Assembly: GCA_012295275.1 (NCBI GenBank)
Contig: CM022673.1
Coordinates: 6,634,001 to 6,698,000, forward strand
Source of the DNA: Chrysomallon squamiferum
Taxonomy: Eukaryota; Animalia; Mollusca
Direction: 5' to 3'
DNA length: 64,000 nucleotides
Positions 28,767 through 43,469 of this stretch are shown piece after piece. The position numbers and the translations under genes are program-made. The notes under the pieces are model-generated. The model was given only the letters and a program-made list of their open reading frames with translations. It ran no database searches and was not told the origin of the DNA. Positions within the stretch are counted from its first letter, which is position 1. The number at the start of each line of letters is the position of its first letter.

Positions 28767-29373
28767 AAAAATTCTAAATAGATTTTGGACTTTGTTATAA
28801 ATTTATGATAAAAATAATTCTGTCAATAATGGATTTGACTGTTGCCGTAAATAAATACATAGAAATGAAGAGAATAATAAATTATATAAATATACAACTA
28901 AAATTTAAATTGTGGATTTTTTTTTATTGATTTTTATTTTTATTGATTTTATTTATTAAATTTTAATTATTTTTTTAAACGTGTTTTTAGTGTTTTCAAG
29001 TTAAACTTTATTATCAAACACTGTCAATGTTAGCCTTCTTAACTTCACATTGTTAATGCTTTTGAAATATTTGTTATTTATTATTATCATTATTTTTATT
29101 TACATAATTTAGTTGGATTTCTTTTTTTAATTTTAATAATTAATTTTTATTTTTTTATTTATTTATTTATTTATTTATTTATTTTTTTTTTTTTTTTTTC
29201 AGTTAAGGAAAAAATTCTATTGTCTACATAAATAAATAAATACATTTGGTAGCTTTTTCTTAAAGATCATAAAACGAATACAAGCGGTACCTTTATTTAC
29301 TTCACAGATTTATTAAATTGTTTTTTACATTACAAATCTTTGTGAATAAAAACATTATCACAAGCTAATTTGT

Positions 29374-29508
<135 letters not shown>

Positions 29509-30329
29509 AGAATAATATGAGAGATAGAGAAATAATAATATCCACTAAATCTATTCCTATCTAATTCACCAACATATTTTTAAAAAAACCCATAATGTCA
29601 GGGTTTGCTAGTTAACAGTATCAACACTTATTAAATCTATTCTCATTCACCTATAAAGAGATGAGCAGTTTCCCTCTAAACAGTGGCAATTAGGAGACTT
29701 GCACACGATGGCCTGTGTAATAGGTCAGAGATAAAAGTAGAGCTTCCTATTTTACACTGTCTTCAGTGATTAAAATCACCACACAACAATCTCTACACAG
29801 TCAGTACACACTGAACAGTCTGTTGTTAGCCTCCAGAGAGTCTCTTTATAGCTATATATATATACTAAGTTATATGTAGTTTGTATGTATTAAAAATTAT
29901 ATATCTGCACAGAGAATTTACACATAACTAATGTATAAATCTGTTTACTGTGTGAAAAGTATGGCATTATCTATTTTGTACTGTGTATGTGTGTTTTGAA
30001 CTTATATATACATACAAACATTCACACAATATATATATATATATTACCCATATACAACCAAATATTTACATATATACACTTGAAACCTAGTAATATGATA
30101 TAATGTTAAACCTGTATGTAATCTTTAGCTGTATATAAACCATACACACTGCCTATATAGTATTTAGGCTATACAATTTATATCTACTAATCCATTTAAA
30201 GATTTATTTCCTGTGCACAGCCTACATTTATCTGCATAGAATCTACATTCTAGATTACGAAGACATTTGTAAGAAATTTCAGTATGTGTTTGGAAAGTAT
30301 CTGCTGAAAGTATCAACATATGCATCCTA

Positions 30330-30890
30330 GATTCACCAATATAGACCTTACTGTTTCCTCTATACATCGTACATTCACCAATATAGACCTTACGGTTTCC
30401 TCTTATACATCCTACGGTTTCCTGTATACATCCTACATTCACCAATATAGACCTTACGGTTTCCTGTATACATCCTGCATTCACCAATATAGATCTTACT
30501 GTTTCCTCTATACATCCTACATTCACCAATATAGACCTTACGGTTTCCTGTATACATCCTACATTCACCAATATAGACCTTACAGTTTCCTCTACACATT
30601 CTACATTCACCAATATAGACCTCACTGTTTCCTGTATACATCCTACATTCACCAATATAGACCTCACTGTTTCCTCTATACATCCTACATTCACCAATAT
30701 AGACCTCACTGTTTCCTCTATACATCCTACATTCACCAATATAGACCTTACTGTTTCCTCTACACATTCTACATTCACCAATATAGACCTCACTGTTTCC
30801 TCTATACATTCTACATTCACCAATATAGATCTTACTGTTTCCTGTATACATCCTACATTCACCAATATAGATCTTACAGTTTCCTCTACA
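30330..30890. repeat. 42-bp minisatellite, about 13 high-identity copies
   Basis: Unit cattcaccaatatagaccttactgtttcctctatacatccta, head-to-tail with no spacers; explains ORFs 30164-, 30320+ and 30390-. Confidence 0.97.
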
Positions 30891-33018
30891 CATAGTACAA
30901 TCACCTGTATACAGAGTACAATTTCCTGTATTTACCTATGCAGAGCTTCTGTTCAAAGAAGAAAAAAATGCTCAGACCACCAGTGTGTAGATTATGAAGA
31001 CATTTATAACAAACTCTGGTGTGTATTTGGAGGATATGTGATGAAATTAAGCGAGGGCTGATCCGGCAATTGCGTTAGAGCGGTGTCTCACAATTACATT
31101 AGTGGGAGTGATTTCGTCTTTATTGCCTCCCTGTCCATGTGCACTTGGGTTAAACAATCCAATTTTCGAGGATTTCTGTGGTCGCAAAGTCAAACTGCGA
31201 GTCCAGACCGTGGCTTTTTTTTTTTTTTTCAAAAAAAAGAGATCTCGTTTTGTTGTTTGTCAAAAACAGTGACCGCAAGCCTGTGCAGAAATATATGGAA
31301 AGTGGACAATGGGTGACCACCACTGCCGGTGTGATTAAAGACTGCCCATTCATTGCTAATGTCCATCTGTTTCATAGTCGTCAGGTTGCCAGGTGATGAA
31401 GGAAATTTGAAGTGCGTGGAAATATGTCACAGTAATTTGATATTGAAAGATTCTGTTTGTTGTTTTTATTGTTTTGTCATAGATGTGAATAACTAAATAT
31501 ATATTTTTTTTTTGTTGTTGTTATTATTATTATACAGATACTTTGGCCAAGGGATGTTAAAACCCAGTAAAATAATTTTAGATGGTAAAATGATTTAAAT
31601 GACAAAATGTCAATTGATGTAGAGACCAAAACTAGTGAAAAAAATAAAGCAGAACATTTTATTCATTTGCTTTCATTATTAGTATTATTGTGATAATACT
31701 TGTTATTTTATATTTAGCAGAGATAAACACAACATTTTATTAAAATTTAAAAAGACAATGAACACTACAAACTTTTGTTTTTATATCAAAATCTGGTTTT
31801 TTATAATTTAAAATTTAAATTTTCTTTTACTCTGTGTTTTCCTTTAAACAGTAAATGCATTATTTGAAATTATCAGTTTCTAAAAGGAGAGATGGGATTT
31901 TCTTGTTTATGTGATCCAAATGTAAACAAGATAAACTTTAGCTTCAGATTTTCGCTAACACATCTTTCTCTTCATCTTTTGTAAACATTTCACTGGCTTA
32001 AATTACACTTCTTAAATGACTGAAAAGTTCACAGTGACATCTCGTTTTACCTCTATATCCATCTCTCTATCGCTATCTCTCTCTGTTTCTGTCTCTGTTT
32101 TTCTTTCTCTCTCCCTCTCTGTTTTTCCTCTTTCTTTTTTCACCCTCTCTGTCTCACTCTATCTACTATCTTACTCTCTATATAATAATATTTATCAACA
32201 AAGTTTTAAATTATTTCAGTAACAAATTTTAAATTTTAAAATGCCAGTGATTTATAAAGTTATATTAGCTTTTGGCTTGTAATGTCATAAAACATTATGT
32301 TTCCTTTCATTTTCTTTGCCTAAACAAATATTTCACTCTCTCACATTATAATTCACACATATCAACAAACCTAGCTCCTTTATGTTATACATCACTATTT
32401 TGTTTTTGTATTATTATTTTTAAATAAATACACTCAGTATACTTCAAGTTTTAAACATATAAAATGTTGACATGTTAAAACTGTATTAAAAACATTATCT
32501 CTATTTCTTCTTTAAATTTTCAAAATAAATATTTTACATGAATTTTTAAATATAAATACTGGTCAACCTTTTCAAAACATTAAACTTTTTTTTTTATTTC
32601 TGTTCCTTATCTATATTTTCAAAAATAAATATTTTATATAGTTTTAAATGTAAACACTGGCTAAACAGTATACTTCTCAGAAGCTGTTAAAAAAAAAACA
32701 AATCAACTGCTTCTATCAGCTTGGCTGACATGATGTCATAAATTTCAGGTTTTCCCAGCCCACACACACACACCCAAACATACATACACTCACTATCAGA
32801 TCACCCAACAGCTATAGAAGAAAAAAAACGAAAAAAAAAAAAAAAAAAAAAAAGCCTGATGTAATAAGTTTCTGATTCAATTCACCACTTCTCTCTATTA
32901 TGTCACCCAGCAAGAATCTCTTTTATACTGGCTCAGTGGACACTGTTGCCAGTGGTTTTTCATACTACATCGGGAACAAATAAAAGACAGTTTTTACAAG
33001 ACAGTTACTAGTACTCAC

Positions 33019-33112
33019 GTGAAAGGTGATCCCACATGTAGCTGTTTACCAACGACCAACACTGCACAAAGAAAACAAGACCTGTCAGCGATGGAAAGGG
33101 TAGTTTATCCAT
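33019..33112 (-). CDS. First coding exon of an unidentified nested antisense gene; signal peptide MDKLPFPSLTGLVFFVQCWSLVNS/YMWDHLS
   Basis: ATG in strong context (gggATGg); 94 nt open; hydrophobic core with V-x-S cleavage pattern; phase-1 C|GTGAGT donor; TATA and CCAAT upstream at plausible spacing. Confidence 0.7.
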
Positions 33113-33209
33113 CCCTTATCCACACACATACACACGCTGAACAGCCACCGATACTTCGGTGTGAGTAGACTCACAGACTCACAGACTCACTGCGAATGAA
33201 GTGAGATGT

Positions 33210-33380
33210 TGAAATGCTTTACGGGTTGTTGTTTCTTTTATATATGTATAATCCAGTGACATCAAATCAAATGTTCCGTGGTTACACAAACCACACTGGC
33301 CAACATGTGCCTGGCAGATAATTATAGAACTGTACACAAACTGAGATCTAATGCCATCAGACATTTGCAGCCAATCAGAT
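33210..33380 (-). promoter_or_regulatory. Candidate Pol II promoter of the nested gene
   Basis: Minus-strand TATATAAAA at 33244-33236; CA/Inr-like GCATTT with A at 33215 (about 28 nt downstream); NF-Y type AGCCAATCAG at 33369-33378; TGACATCA at 33257-33264. Confidence 0.6.
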
Positions 33381-35180
33381 GATCACTCCTTTATGTCCGT
33401 TGTTCCATTACCATGCCAACTGAGACGGTCGGAGAAGAAAGCAAGAGTTAGTTCCCTTTAATAAACGAGTTTGACGACTGAGTGTGTGTGTGTGTGTGGA
33501 TGCAAGTTTAGTTTAGTTCGGGACAAAGATTTATACTTTATCTGAGGAATATGAAGTGAGAAATTTTGTTATATTCTATTTTATTTTATTTTATTATTTT
33601 TATTTATTTTTTTATTTATTATTAATTATTGTTATTATTATAGTATTATTATTATGTATTATTATTATTATTTTTTTTTTTTTTTTTTTTTTTATTATTA
33701 AAAAATTAAAAAACAAAGAGTAAAATATCTGATTAACAATTTTCTTAAATCTATATATATATATATATAATTTTAAGTGTGTAAATTTATATAAATTTAA
33801 GAAAAACGCAGGTAAAGTTTTTGTTTCATTTTAAAATATGTATTGATAGTTCCAGAAAAAAATATTAAATTAATGTAATATTGGTATATTTATCTTTTTT
33901 CACTGTCTTAACAAGAAATAATATTTTCATTATTAATTTTTTATTTCAGTAATCATTATGAATATAATTTCTTTTGTAAAATTGTTTTTCTAATGAAACA
34001 AATTTTTTCTGATTACTATATTCAAAAATAAATATTGTCCAAATAACGACTCTTTGCCTTTAAAATTATTATTTTTTATTTACATTATTTATTAAGCATA
34101 CAGAGAAAACAAATTTTAAAAAATTTTAATTTAAATCACGATGATAAAAATAGCTTTAACAATTTTTGAAATTTTATTTGAAAACTTAAAAGTGCCTTTA
34201 AAATAATATTTGTAAAAATTAAAATAAACACAATTTATCAGAGTTAAAATTGTGTTTTAAAAAGGAGAAAAAATTACATTAATTTTCATTTTACTTATTT
34301 ATTTACTTTGTGCCTTACTTATGTGTTTAGTATTTGTTTGTTTATTTATTTATTTGATGATAATAATTTATTTAAAACAACATTAAATAGTTTAATATAA
34401 AATTGTGAGTTATTTAAAATTTAAAAACTAAAAATAATCAAATTTTTGTATGTCTGTTCATGGCTGTTAATTTCATAAATTTATTTAAATGTAAATTAAT
34501 TTTCCAAAGTGTTATGAAAAAATAAACATTTATTATCCCTTTGAAATATTAATTCTGTATTATTAATTTTGTAATTTAAACACATTTATATATTCGCCTC
34601 TTACTATTTTTTTAATTTTCTAAAAATATATTTTGTTTTGTTTTTTAATTTATAAAAAAAAAAAGTTGCTGCTATAATAAATATTTTAAAATAATTTTCT
34701 TTCATTTTAAAATTAATGCTAGTAAAGTTTTCTTAAAAGAGGAAATTTTATAATTTAAAAAAAAACCGATTCTGACAGTTTTGGGGTTATTTTTGTTTCA
34801 TTGAACACATAATTTTTCTTAATATAAATTATAAGTATTAAACAAAAAAAAAAATATAAAACAAAATAATGAAATAAAAAAAACATTGACTTATCCATTA
34901 AAAAGCTGTCATGTTTTTTCTGACTTTTTCTAAACATTAAAAACAAAAACTATAATAATTAAAACAAAAAAAAAAAAAAAACTTGTTTGTTAATTCTTAT
35001 TGTTTATGGCTCATTTTAATATAAATAAGTATTTTTTTTTCTACAGATTATTATATTTTAACTGAACTAAAAATCATTTAAACAATTCTTTTTTATTATT
35101 ATTTTTTTGCATTAAATATATGTACATCTTTACATATTACTATTATTATTATTATATTTTTATTATCATTATTTTATTAC

Positions 35181-35212
<32 letters not shown>

Positions 35213-36404
35213 TACATACTGAAAACAAAAACAGTTTTATACAGTGTTAAAATATATATTTTTTTAAATGCAACAGCAGCAACAAGAAGAAAAATAATAG
35301 AAAAGAAAATTCATTCATGCATCTCTTAAATACTTTTACTCCTATATACATGAATATTCCTCTATATTTTCTTTAACCCTTTATCTGTTAGCATCTACTT
35401 GAAAATTATTGCTTTTATGTACTTGACAAACCTGGGTTTTATTTCTTTATTTCTTTTTTTTTTTTTTCTTCTTTTGACTTAAAAAAAAATATATATATAT
35501 ATACATCACAATGTCATTTCCATCGTCATAATCCTATAAAACCTTTATCCTTTTGATCTACTAGGTATTTTTCTTCGTTTTATGCCTGTTGTGTCTTTTC
35601 TCCTTTTAATCCCATACTTACTAATGCATGAGGTTCAAAACACAGAGTGGATTAGTGGAAATTAAAAATTAATGTGAAGTCTTTTTAATCCACTGAAAAC
35701 ACTAATACAGTGAGGAAGGAAGATAAAAGATGATGATAGAGAAAGGTAAAAAAAAAAAAAAAAAATTATAAAAAAAAAATGTTATGAAAAGAGAAATAAA
35801 AGTTTAAAAAATAATAAATTGTGGGGGAAAGAAATATATTAATAATAATAATAAATGTGAAAAAAAAAAAATTACTTTTAAATATTAAATAATATATAAT
35901 AATAAAAATAATTACTCTTTTTTTTTTTTTTTTTTCAGAGATTAAATTTTAAAAATTAACCAAAAATTAAAAAAATTAAAAATTCATAGACAGTTTGATG
36001 GAGAAAGAACACTGATGTTTTAATAATTATAAAAATAAAAACAAATATAATAGTAAGTATAATAATATTCATTATTATTATTATTATTATATCATTATTA
36101 TTATTATTATTGTTATTATTATTATTATTCAACTGTTGTTGTATGGGGAAAAAATAATTCAATAATAATATACATTAGTACAAATAATTATACTGAGAAA
36201 AATAAAATTAGAGAAACGCATTCTGAAAAATGGTAATAAATGTAATAGGAAATTTTATATATATATTTATATGGGGAAAAAAAATATATATAAAAGAAAT
36301 TACAAACAAAACAATTGAAATTTTTTTTAAAGAAAATAAATTCTTAATAATAAAAATATGAAGAAGAAATAAACTTTAAGAATTTAAAAAAAAATAATTA
36401 AAAT

Positions 36405-36406
<2 letters not shown>

Positions 36407-36471
<65 letters not shown>

Positions 36472-36500
36472 GTAATAATAATAATAATAATTATAATAAT
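36407..36500. repeat. (TAA)n microsatellite
   Basis: Direct observation. Confidence 0.95.
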
Positions 36501-37320
36501 AATTAATAAGTAAATAAATAAATAAATAAAACATCAAAGCCTGGATAAAATATTTTTTACAAAAGAAATTAATGAAAAACAAGATTTTGATAAACAAGAG
36601 AATATGCATGCAATATGTAAAATCTAAAAAGTTTGCCAAAAAATAAAATACAAAAAAAAAAAAATAGTAGAAAAATAACCAATAAAAAAAATAAATAATA
36701 AATTTTCAGGAAAAAAACAACAAATCTTTAAAAAAAAAAAAAAAAACCTAACAACTTTAATAAAATAATGAAAAACACAAAGTGAAAAAACTAAAACTCT
36801 TGACAATAAACAAACCCCTTAAAAATAAAATCTGGAGGGAAAAAAAATTTATATTACTGAAAATAAGGAATAAAAAAAAATAAAAAGTTGCAGCTTTTTA
36901 TTATGATTGTACAGAAATATCAATTTCTGCAAACTCCAAAGTCTTTCATGTTTCTGATAATGGTCGAATCTTAATATTGTATGAATTCGCAGGTAATAAA
37001 CTTTTGCTCAATTGGACAAAAACAGTCAGAGATCCATTGACAACACTAATAGAAGAAGAAAAAAAGCAGCAATTGAGTGCAGCATACAATTAATTGTGTA
37101 TCGATACTGCCTCTGTTGTGTACCCAAATATGTTCCAAGCAAAAATAGATTTAATTAATTCTTTTGTGTGTGACAATTTTGTTGGAACCATGGAATATTC
37201 TCGAAATTGATCATCGAAATATTCCTGATTATTAACTTTTGTTGTTTGAAAGATTATTTTGATGAATTCGTGAGTCCAAGAGTTATTTGTGTTTGTGTTT
37301 ATTATTTTTATTTATTTATT

Positions 37321-37425
37321 GATGGTGATGGTGATGATGGTGATGGTGATGATGGTGATGGTGATGATGATGATGGTGATGGTGATGGTGATGGTGATGA
37401 TGATGATGATGATGATTATTATTAT
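37321..37425. repeat. (GAT/GGT)n compound microsatellite
   Basis: Direct observation. Confidence 0.95.
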
Positions 37426-38790
37426 TTGTAAAAATATTCTGTTTTTATTACATTTTAAATTCAGTTATTAGTGAATGCATTATTTATTTTTAATTTAATT
37501 TTTATTTATTTGTTTATTTATTGTTTTATAATTTATTTATATAATATTTATTTATTTTATTTTATTTTATTTTATTTTATATACTGTTTATTTATCATTA
37601 TTTCATTTTATTTATTTACTTACCATTATTTTCTTTTTATATTATTTTCTTATTTATTTTATTCAGAAACTGTTGGACGTAAACACAACTAACCTTCAGA
37701 TGAATGAATTAAAACATTTAGTGATTTATTGGTGCTCATAAATCTAAAAATGTAATAGAGTGCAGATAACAGTATTGATGTCTTTTTTTTTTTTTTTCTT
37801 CATAATCATGTACAGTTCAGATCATGGTGTGATTTGGTGTGTTGTGTTTTTTTTCTTTCTTTTATAAACTAAATAAAAATATCAATAATGGTAGATTAAC
37901 TGAATTTTAATGCATTGAACTGTTGCTAAGAGGAATAAATGCATTTTTGGGACCAAGGTGATGAAAGGTTTTTATATTTCCAAAATTTTGTACATATATA
38001 ATGAAAAAATATTTAAATTTAAAAAAGAAATTATTAAACAAATAAACAAAATAAACAAACGTTAAAAATTAAACATATTTTTTATGACAGATAATATTTC
38101 TGTCATTGATATTTTGAAAATGATACTTTTTTGATAGCTACAAAGTGTACTTTTCAGTGATGAATAACACAGGTTTTGAATTTCAACTAATTTAATTAAA
38201 ATTTTTAATCATAATTTCCAACAATATTTCTAAATCTCCATTAAAGAAGGTGCTCTGTTATGAGCAATGATAACAGAATATTATATTTATTTTTAATGAC
38301 ATTTTTAAAAAAATAAAAATTAAAAAATAAAAAATACAATTGAAATCTAACTATTTATATTAAAATAAGTAATTCTATATTCTTGTGAAAACACAGGTTC
38401 ATGTGTTCGTTTATACAAAAACATGTGTGTGCTTGTTTGTTTATAAATATACACACATGTATGCATTTATCTACAAATGTATGTATGTTCTTTACATTAA
38501 CAGTCACATTAAATAAACAAGACTAAAATAAGTAAGAACATAAGAGAATGTATTTCATGTCTTATTAATTAATAAAGGAACAAAATTTGGTGTACCAAGC
38601 AACATCTGACATAAGAAATAAACAATAAATACACATCAAAAACCCAACTAACAAATGTACATAATTAAAAACATACTTGAAAACAGGTATGACAGAAAGA
38701 GCCATAATTTTGGCAACTGAATAACATGCTATAATATAAGTAAATAATCATGTGATTAAGTAGAAAAGAAAGTCATGTATATACATAATT

Positions 38791-38838
<48 letters not shown>

Positions 38839-40194
38839 GACTGGAAAAAAGCCACAGCAAAAAAGTCACAATTTGGTATAGGAAAAAAAGTCACAAAATA
38901 TATGGGTTTGCAGAGTACTGAATGTGGCATCATAGTATGCATGGGGTAATTCTTAAGCTTATTGATTAGGCTAGGTTAAAGAAAGGGGCTTCATATTGGG
39001 TCTAGCTTGGGTTTAGCTTACTGATTAGGATATATTTAAACTAAGGGCTTCCTATTGTAAATGATTTATAAAATGTCCCAGGTTAAAATGTGTTTGACTT
39101 TATATTCTCCAGCTTGCTCTAGTATCAAAAGTATGTTTAGTATGGAAGTTATTCATAGCAATAAGGGTGGTAACAAAATCTGTTATGAGGCATTCATGTC
39201 GAGGTTCAATGGTAACAGACTTACAGAGAGAGCCTTGAGTACTGCAAGACTGAGTCAGAATTTCTTTGTGCTATTGGGTGGAAGATAAGTCTAAACCACC
39301 AACATTAAAATCAAAGAACATGTGTTTCATCTATCTTTCATTTCTGAGATATTTATTAATTTTAACCAAAAAATTGTGACTTTTTTTCCTGTGACTTTTT
39401 ACCTGTGATTTTTTTTTTCCCCAGAGAATCACACATACATGCATACATAAAAAAAAAAAAAAAAAAAAAGTATTATGCAAATAAAAGCAGATTGAAAATG
39501 GGTACATACATCAGTCATTACAAAATTTGACATCAGTGACTCACATACATATAAAAAGAAAACAAAAACAAAACTAATTAAAAACATGCTGGACTCATCA
39601 CTGACAACAGCTAACCTGTTGATCAGCAGAGAGGCCCTCAGTTTCAAAAGACAATTACAACATTAAAGAAACAATTCTGGGAATTTCCAGGAAACTCTGA
39701 CACACAAAAACCAGCTGAGTTTACTATTAGTATCTGCAGGCCTGTAATCGGCACATTAATTATGCATGAGAGATGTTATTAGTAAATATATAAAATGTCT
39801 TCAGGATGCCACTGTGGTATATATCAGTTACCCAAGATGGGTGTCTTTTATCTTAGAGGGCTGAAGGCATTGTGGATGTTTGTCTGATGCTGACAGTAAT
39901 TGTGTAGACACATATGTGGAGTTAGGAACTACCTTCAGAAGTTAAGACATTTTTACTCAGATTTCTAAATTGATGGAACTGTTGTTTCGGGGATCTTTTG
40001 CCTTGAGAGTTGTCTGTGATTGATGAGGGGCATTTTTTTTCTTTCTTTCTTTGAGTAGTTTTAAAATTTTATGTGTAATTGTCTAAGTTATTTTTTTCCC
40101 AAAAGAAACCATCTAATTTTCCTTTTTGAAGTCTTTGCCCCCCAAAAAATGTATCTGATCTCTTTGTAATTACTGTTACAAAATAATAATAATG

Positions 40195-40258
<64 letters not shown>

Positions 40259-42811
40259 CATAAATAAATAAATAAATAAATAAGTTTAAAAACAACAATA
40301 CAAATACTGAATGTAATTTGGCATCCAAAGGCTTGAATAACGTCATTGGTTTAAGACTACGAAATAATAAATTCCGACAGGGTTAACTAATTGTTTCTGT
40401 TTGAAGAAGTTTCTTCAAAGTACACACCTTCTAAATGTGTTAAATTGTTCAAATGTTAAATTTAATTTAGCAGTAGAAGGGTTAACTAATTTTTGTTTTC
40501 CCCTTTGAAGAACTTGGCACAAAGAAAGAAACCTGTGACAGTGTGAAACAATTAACACTTCTGTTTGTCCTGCGTGCATGTTTATGTCTGTTCTCACAAT
40601 GCAAATTCCTTCCTACCCCTTTAATCTTTTTTTTATGACTTTTGTTTGTACTGGCAGACATATGAAAATATATAAATAAATGATTACCCTCAGGCTGAAA
40701 AGATACATTTTAGTCCAAATTCATTTCTTTTCTTCTTGATTGGTTTCTGATCATTCAGCTGTTGAGAAACATAAAAGTTGGTTTTCAAATGAGTTCAGAC
40801 TATCCTTTTTTTTTTTCAAAAAAAAGAAAAAGAAAGAAAGAACACAAAAGAAAATAAGATATTTAATTCTGGTTAATGTTTTCTGAAACTAAAATATTTA
40901 TGTAATAATTTTATATTTATTTATTTTTTTTTTTTTTCATTTCTGTACAAATTGTTTAGTTACTTCTTTTTATCTTGATTTCTCTCTCCCTTTCTCTCTT
41001 TTTTCATTCTGTCTCTCTCTCTCTCTCTGCCTTTATCACTCTTTGTTTTTCTGTCATTCTATATCATGCTCTGAATCTGATTTTTCTCTTCTCTCTCTTT
41101 GTCACATGCATATCTCTCTTCTTTCTCTCAATTTATCATTCCTTTCTCATTTTCCCCCCTCAGTTTATCAATATTTACATATTTCTCTTTTATAATTTTT
41201 TTATTTTTATTTTATTTTATTTCTCCAGTTCTTTTTCCGTCAACCTTGCCACTTCGTTTGAACCTTTATAATCCTTTCTGCTAATTTCTACTATTTGACT
41301 TTCTCTGCATCTCCTATTTCCTAACTCCTATTTCACCCTCATCCCTTTAATCTTTCCTTTTTCTTTCATTCTTCTCTCTCTCTCTTTCTATCTTTACTGT
41401 TGTTCGTCAAAAGAATTTTCTCGATCTTCATTATTATTGGACAAAAGAAATAAAATGTCGATGAAAAATTAGCAGTGCGAGCCCCAGTACATGTAAATAT
41501 ATGCTAAGCCCCAGTAAGATTTGACAAGCACTTTTTCAATAGCCAAGTATCACACCTGCTGCATAAGTCAACACTGAAGAGTGGCAGCCCTCCCAAACGC
41601 ACTGAAGAGTGGCAGTCCTCTTATGTTCCTTGAACTTGGCGCTTTCAGAATCAGTCATTCATAACCATGGGGTTAATCATTTTTAGAAGAAGGTGATAAA
41701 GTTTATTATTTGAATTAAACCCTGACGACTGTTTGAACGTGAGGCAAGCCGGTTTTTAAAGAAAATCTCAGTAGATTTATTTTTCTTTCTTTTTGTCATT
41801 CGTTTTTATAAGTTGCTGATAAGTCATTGGTTTTTGAAGTGTCAGAAAGAAAAAGGCGTCAGGAAAATACAATAGAGATAATGGCTGGGTTTAATAAAAA
41901 TAGTAAACAGGTATTAATAGTTTTTAAAAGAAATCTTTTGTGCTTTGAATGTGGTTGTGCGTGTGCATGCATATGTGTGATATGCATGGTGTGTGTGCAC
42001 TGTTCACATGTCTGCATGTGTATGTTGCATGTCTGTGTGTGTGCAGGTGTGTGTGTGTGTGTGTGTTTGTATGTTTGGGCTTTGGTTCATTATAATAATT
42101 AATTAAATATACACTTCTTTATAAATAATTGGAAAATAATGATTGTAAGAAAAATTCCTTATTAAAAAAAAATTAAAATTTTTTTTTATTTTTTATCTAC
42201 ATTTTAATTAATATAGATACACATATAAATGGTACATCAAAAAATACACACAAAAAAGAAGAAGAATTTACACAAATAAATGCTTCGGTTTATGGAAAAA
42301 TATACATACGTTCTTACCTACATACATACATATATATATATATATACACTCACGTACTCACACACAAACACACACAAAAAAAAAATTACTGACTCATACA
42401 CTTCAAACAAAGACATGGACAGCTACTGCTACTTCTGTGTGATCTTTCAGTTTCAATCAGCCCATTTGTTAGACCATCCATCAAGCAGTGACCAAGAGTT
42501 ATGGCTATTACAGTAATCAAGAAATCTAAACATTTAATTTGATTGTGAAAACAGTGCTAATTCTATGTAAAATGTTTGTAACTGGATTTGACGGGGGTCT
42601 GTTCTATGTCTCTCGCTGATTTATTCAGGGCAGTGGTGAAATGAGTGAGAAGATGGTTGAGGCAAGATGCTCTGTTGAAAACAACAAAAAAAATATTTCT
42701 TCTTGATGTTTTGTTGTGTTTAAGAGAATTTATAAAAAAAAAAAATTAAAATTTGTTGTTGATAATTATATGGCAGATTTTATTTTTTTGTTCTTGTTGA
42801 TATTATTATTA

Positions 42812-42876
<65 letters not shown>

Positions 42877-43119
42877 AATTTTAGGTTTATTTAAGATTTA
42901 TAATGAAATTATTATTATGTTACAGTTTCCATCATTATTATTTATAAATATTTATTTTTACCTTTTATCAAAAATATTATTATCAGCAGCATCATCCAAA
43001 TATTTTATCATAATCATCCGTTCAGATTTAGTATAGTTAGCACTATAATAACAACTGCTTTTACAGTTACTACTAGTGCTACTAATTTTTATTAGTAGTG
43101 GCAGAGGTATCATTACTGT

Positions 43120-43134
43120 CATTATTATTATGAA

Positions 43135-43165
<31 letters not shown>

Positions 43166-43250
43166 GATACTACTACTACAACTACTACTATTACAATTAC
43201 TGCTATTATTATTATTATTATTATTACTACTACTACTACTAATATTACAA

Positions 43251-43281
<31 letters not shown>

Positions 43282-43460
43282 TATTATTACAATTATTATG
43301 ATTACTACTACTACTACTACTACTACTATTATTATTATTATTACTACTACTATTACAATTACATTATTATTATTGTTAATAATACAACTACTACTATTGT
43401 TATTACTATTACTATTACTATTATTATTATTGTTACTGTTATCATTATTGTTGTTGTTTG
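43120..43460. repeat. Compound (ATT/ACT)n trinucleotide array abutting the CARS1 exon A acceptor
   Basis: Direct observation. Confidence 0.93.
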
Positions 43461-43469
43461 TTATTTCAG

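Noticed and set aside
30164-30904. 246-aa, 191-aa and 167-aa repeat ORFs; also a superficially CRISPR-like array
   Set aside because: Head-to-tail 42-bp units without unique spacers, open in several frames on both strands, with no cas genes and a eukaryotic context.
41572-41620. Short direct repeat cactgaagagtggcag (two copies); similar pairs near 12460-12665 and 40378-40512
   Set aside because: Two-copy local duplications are common here and show no further structure.
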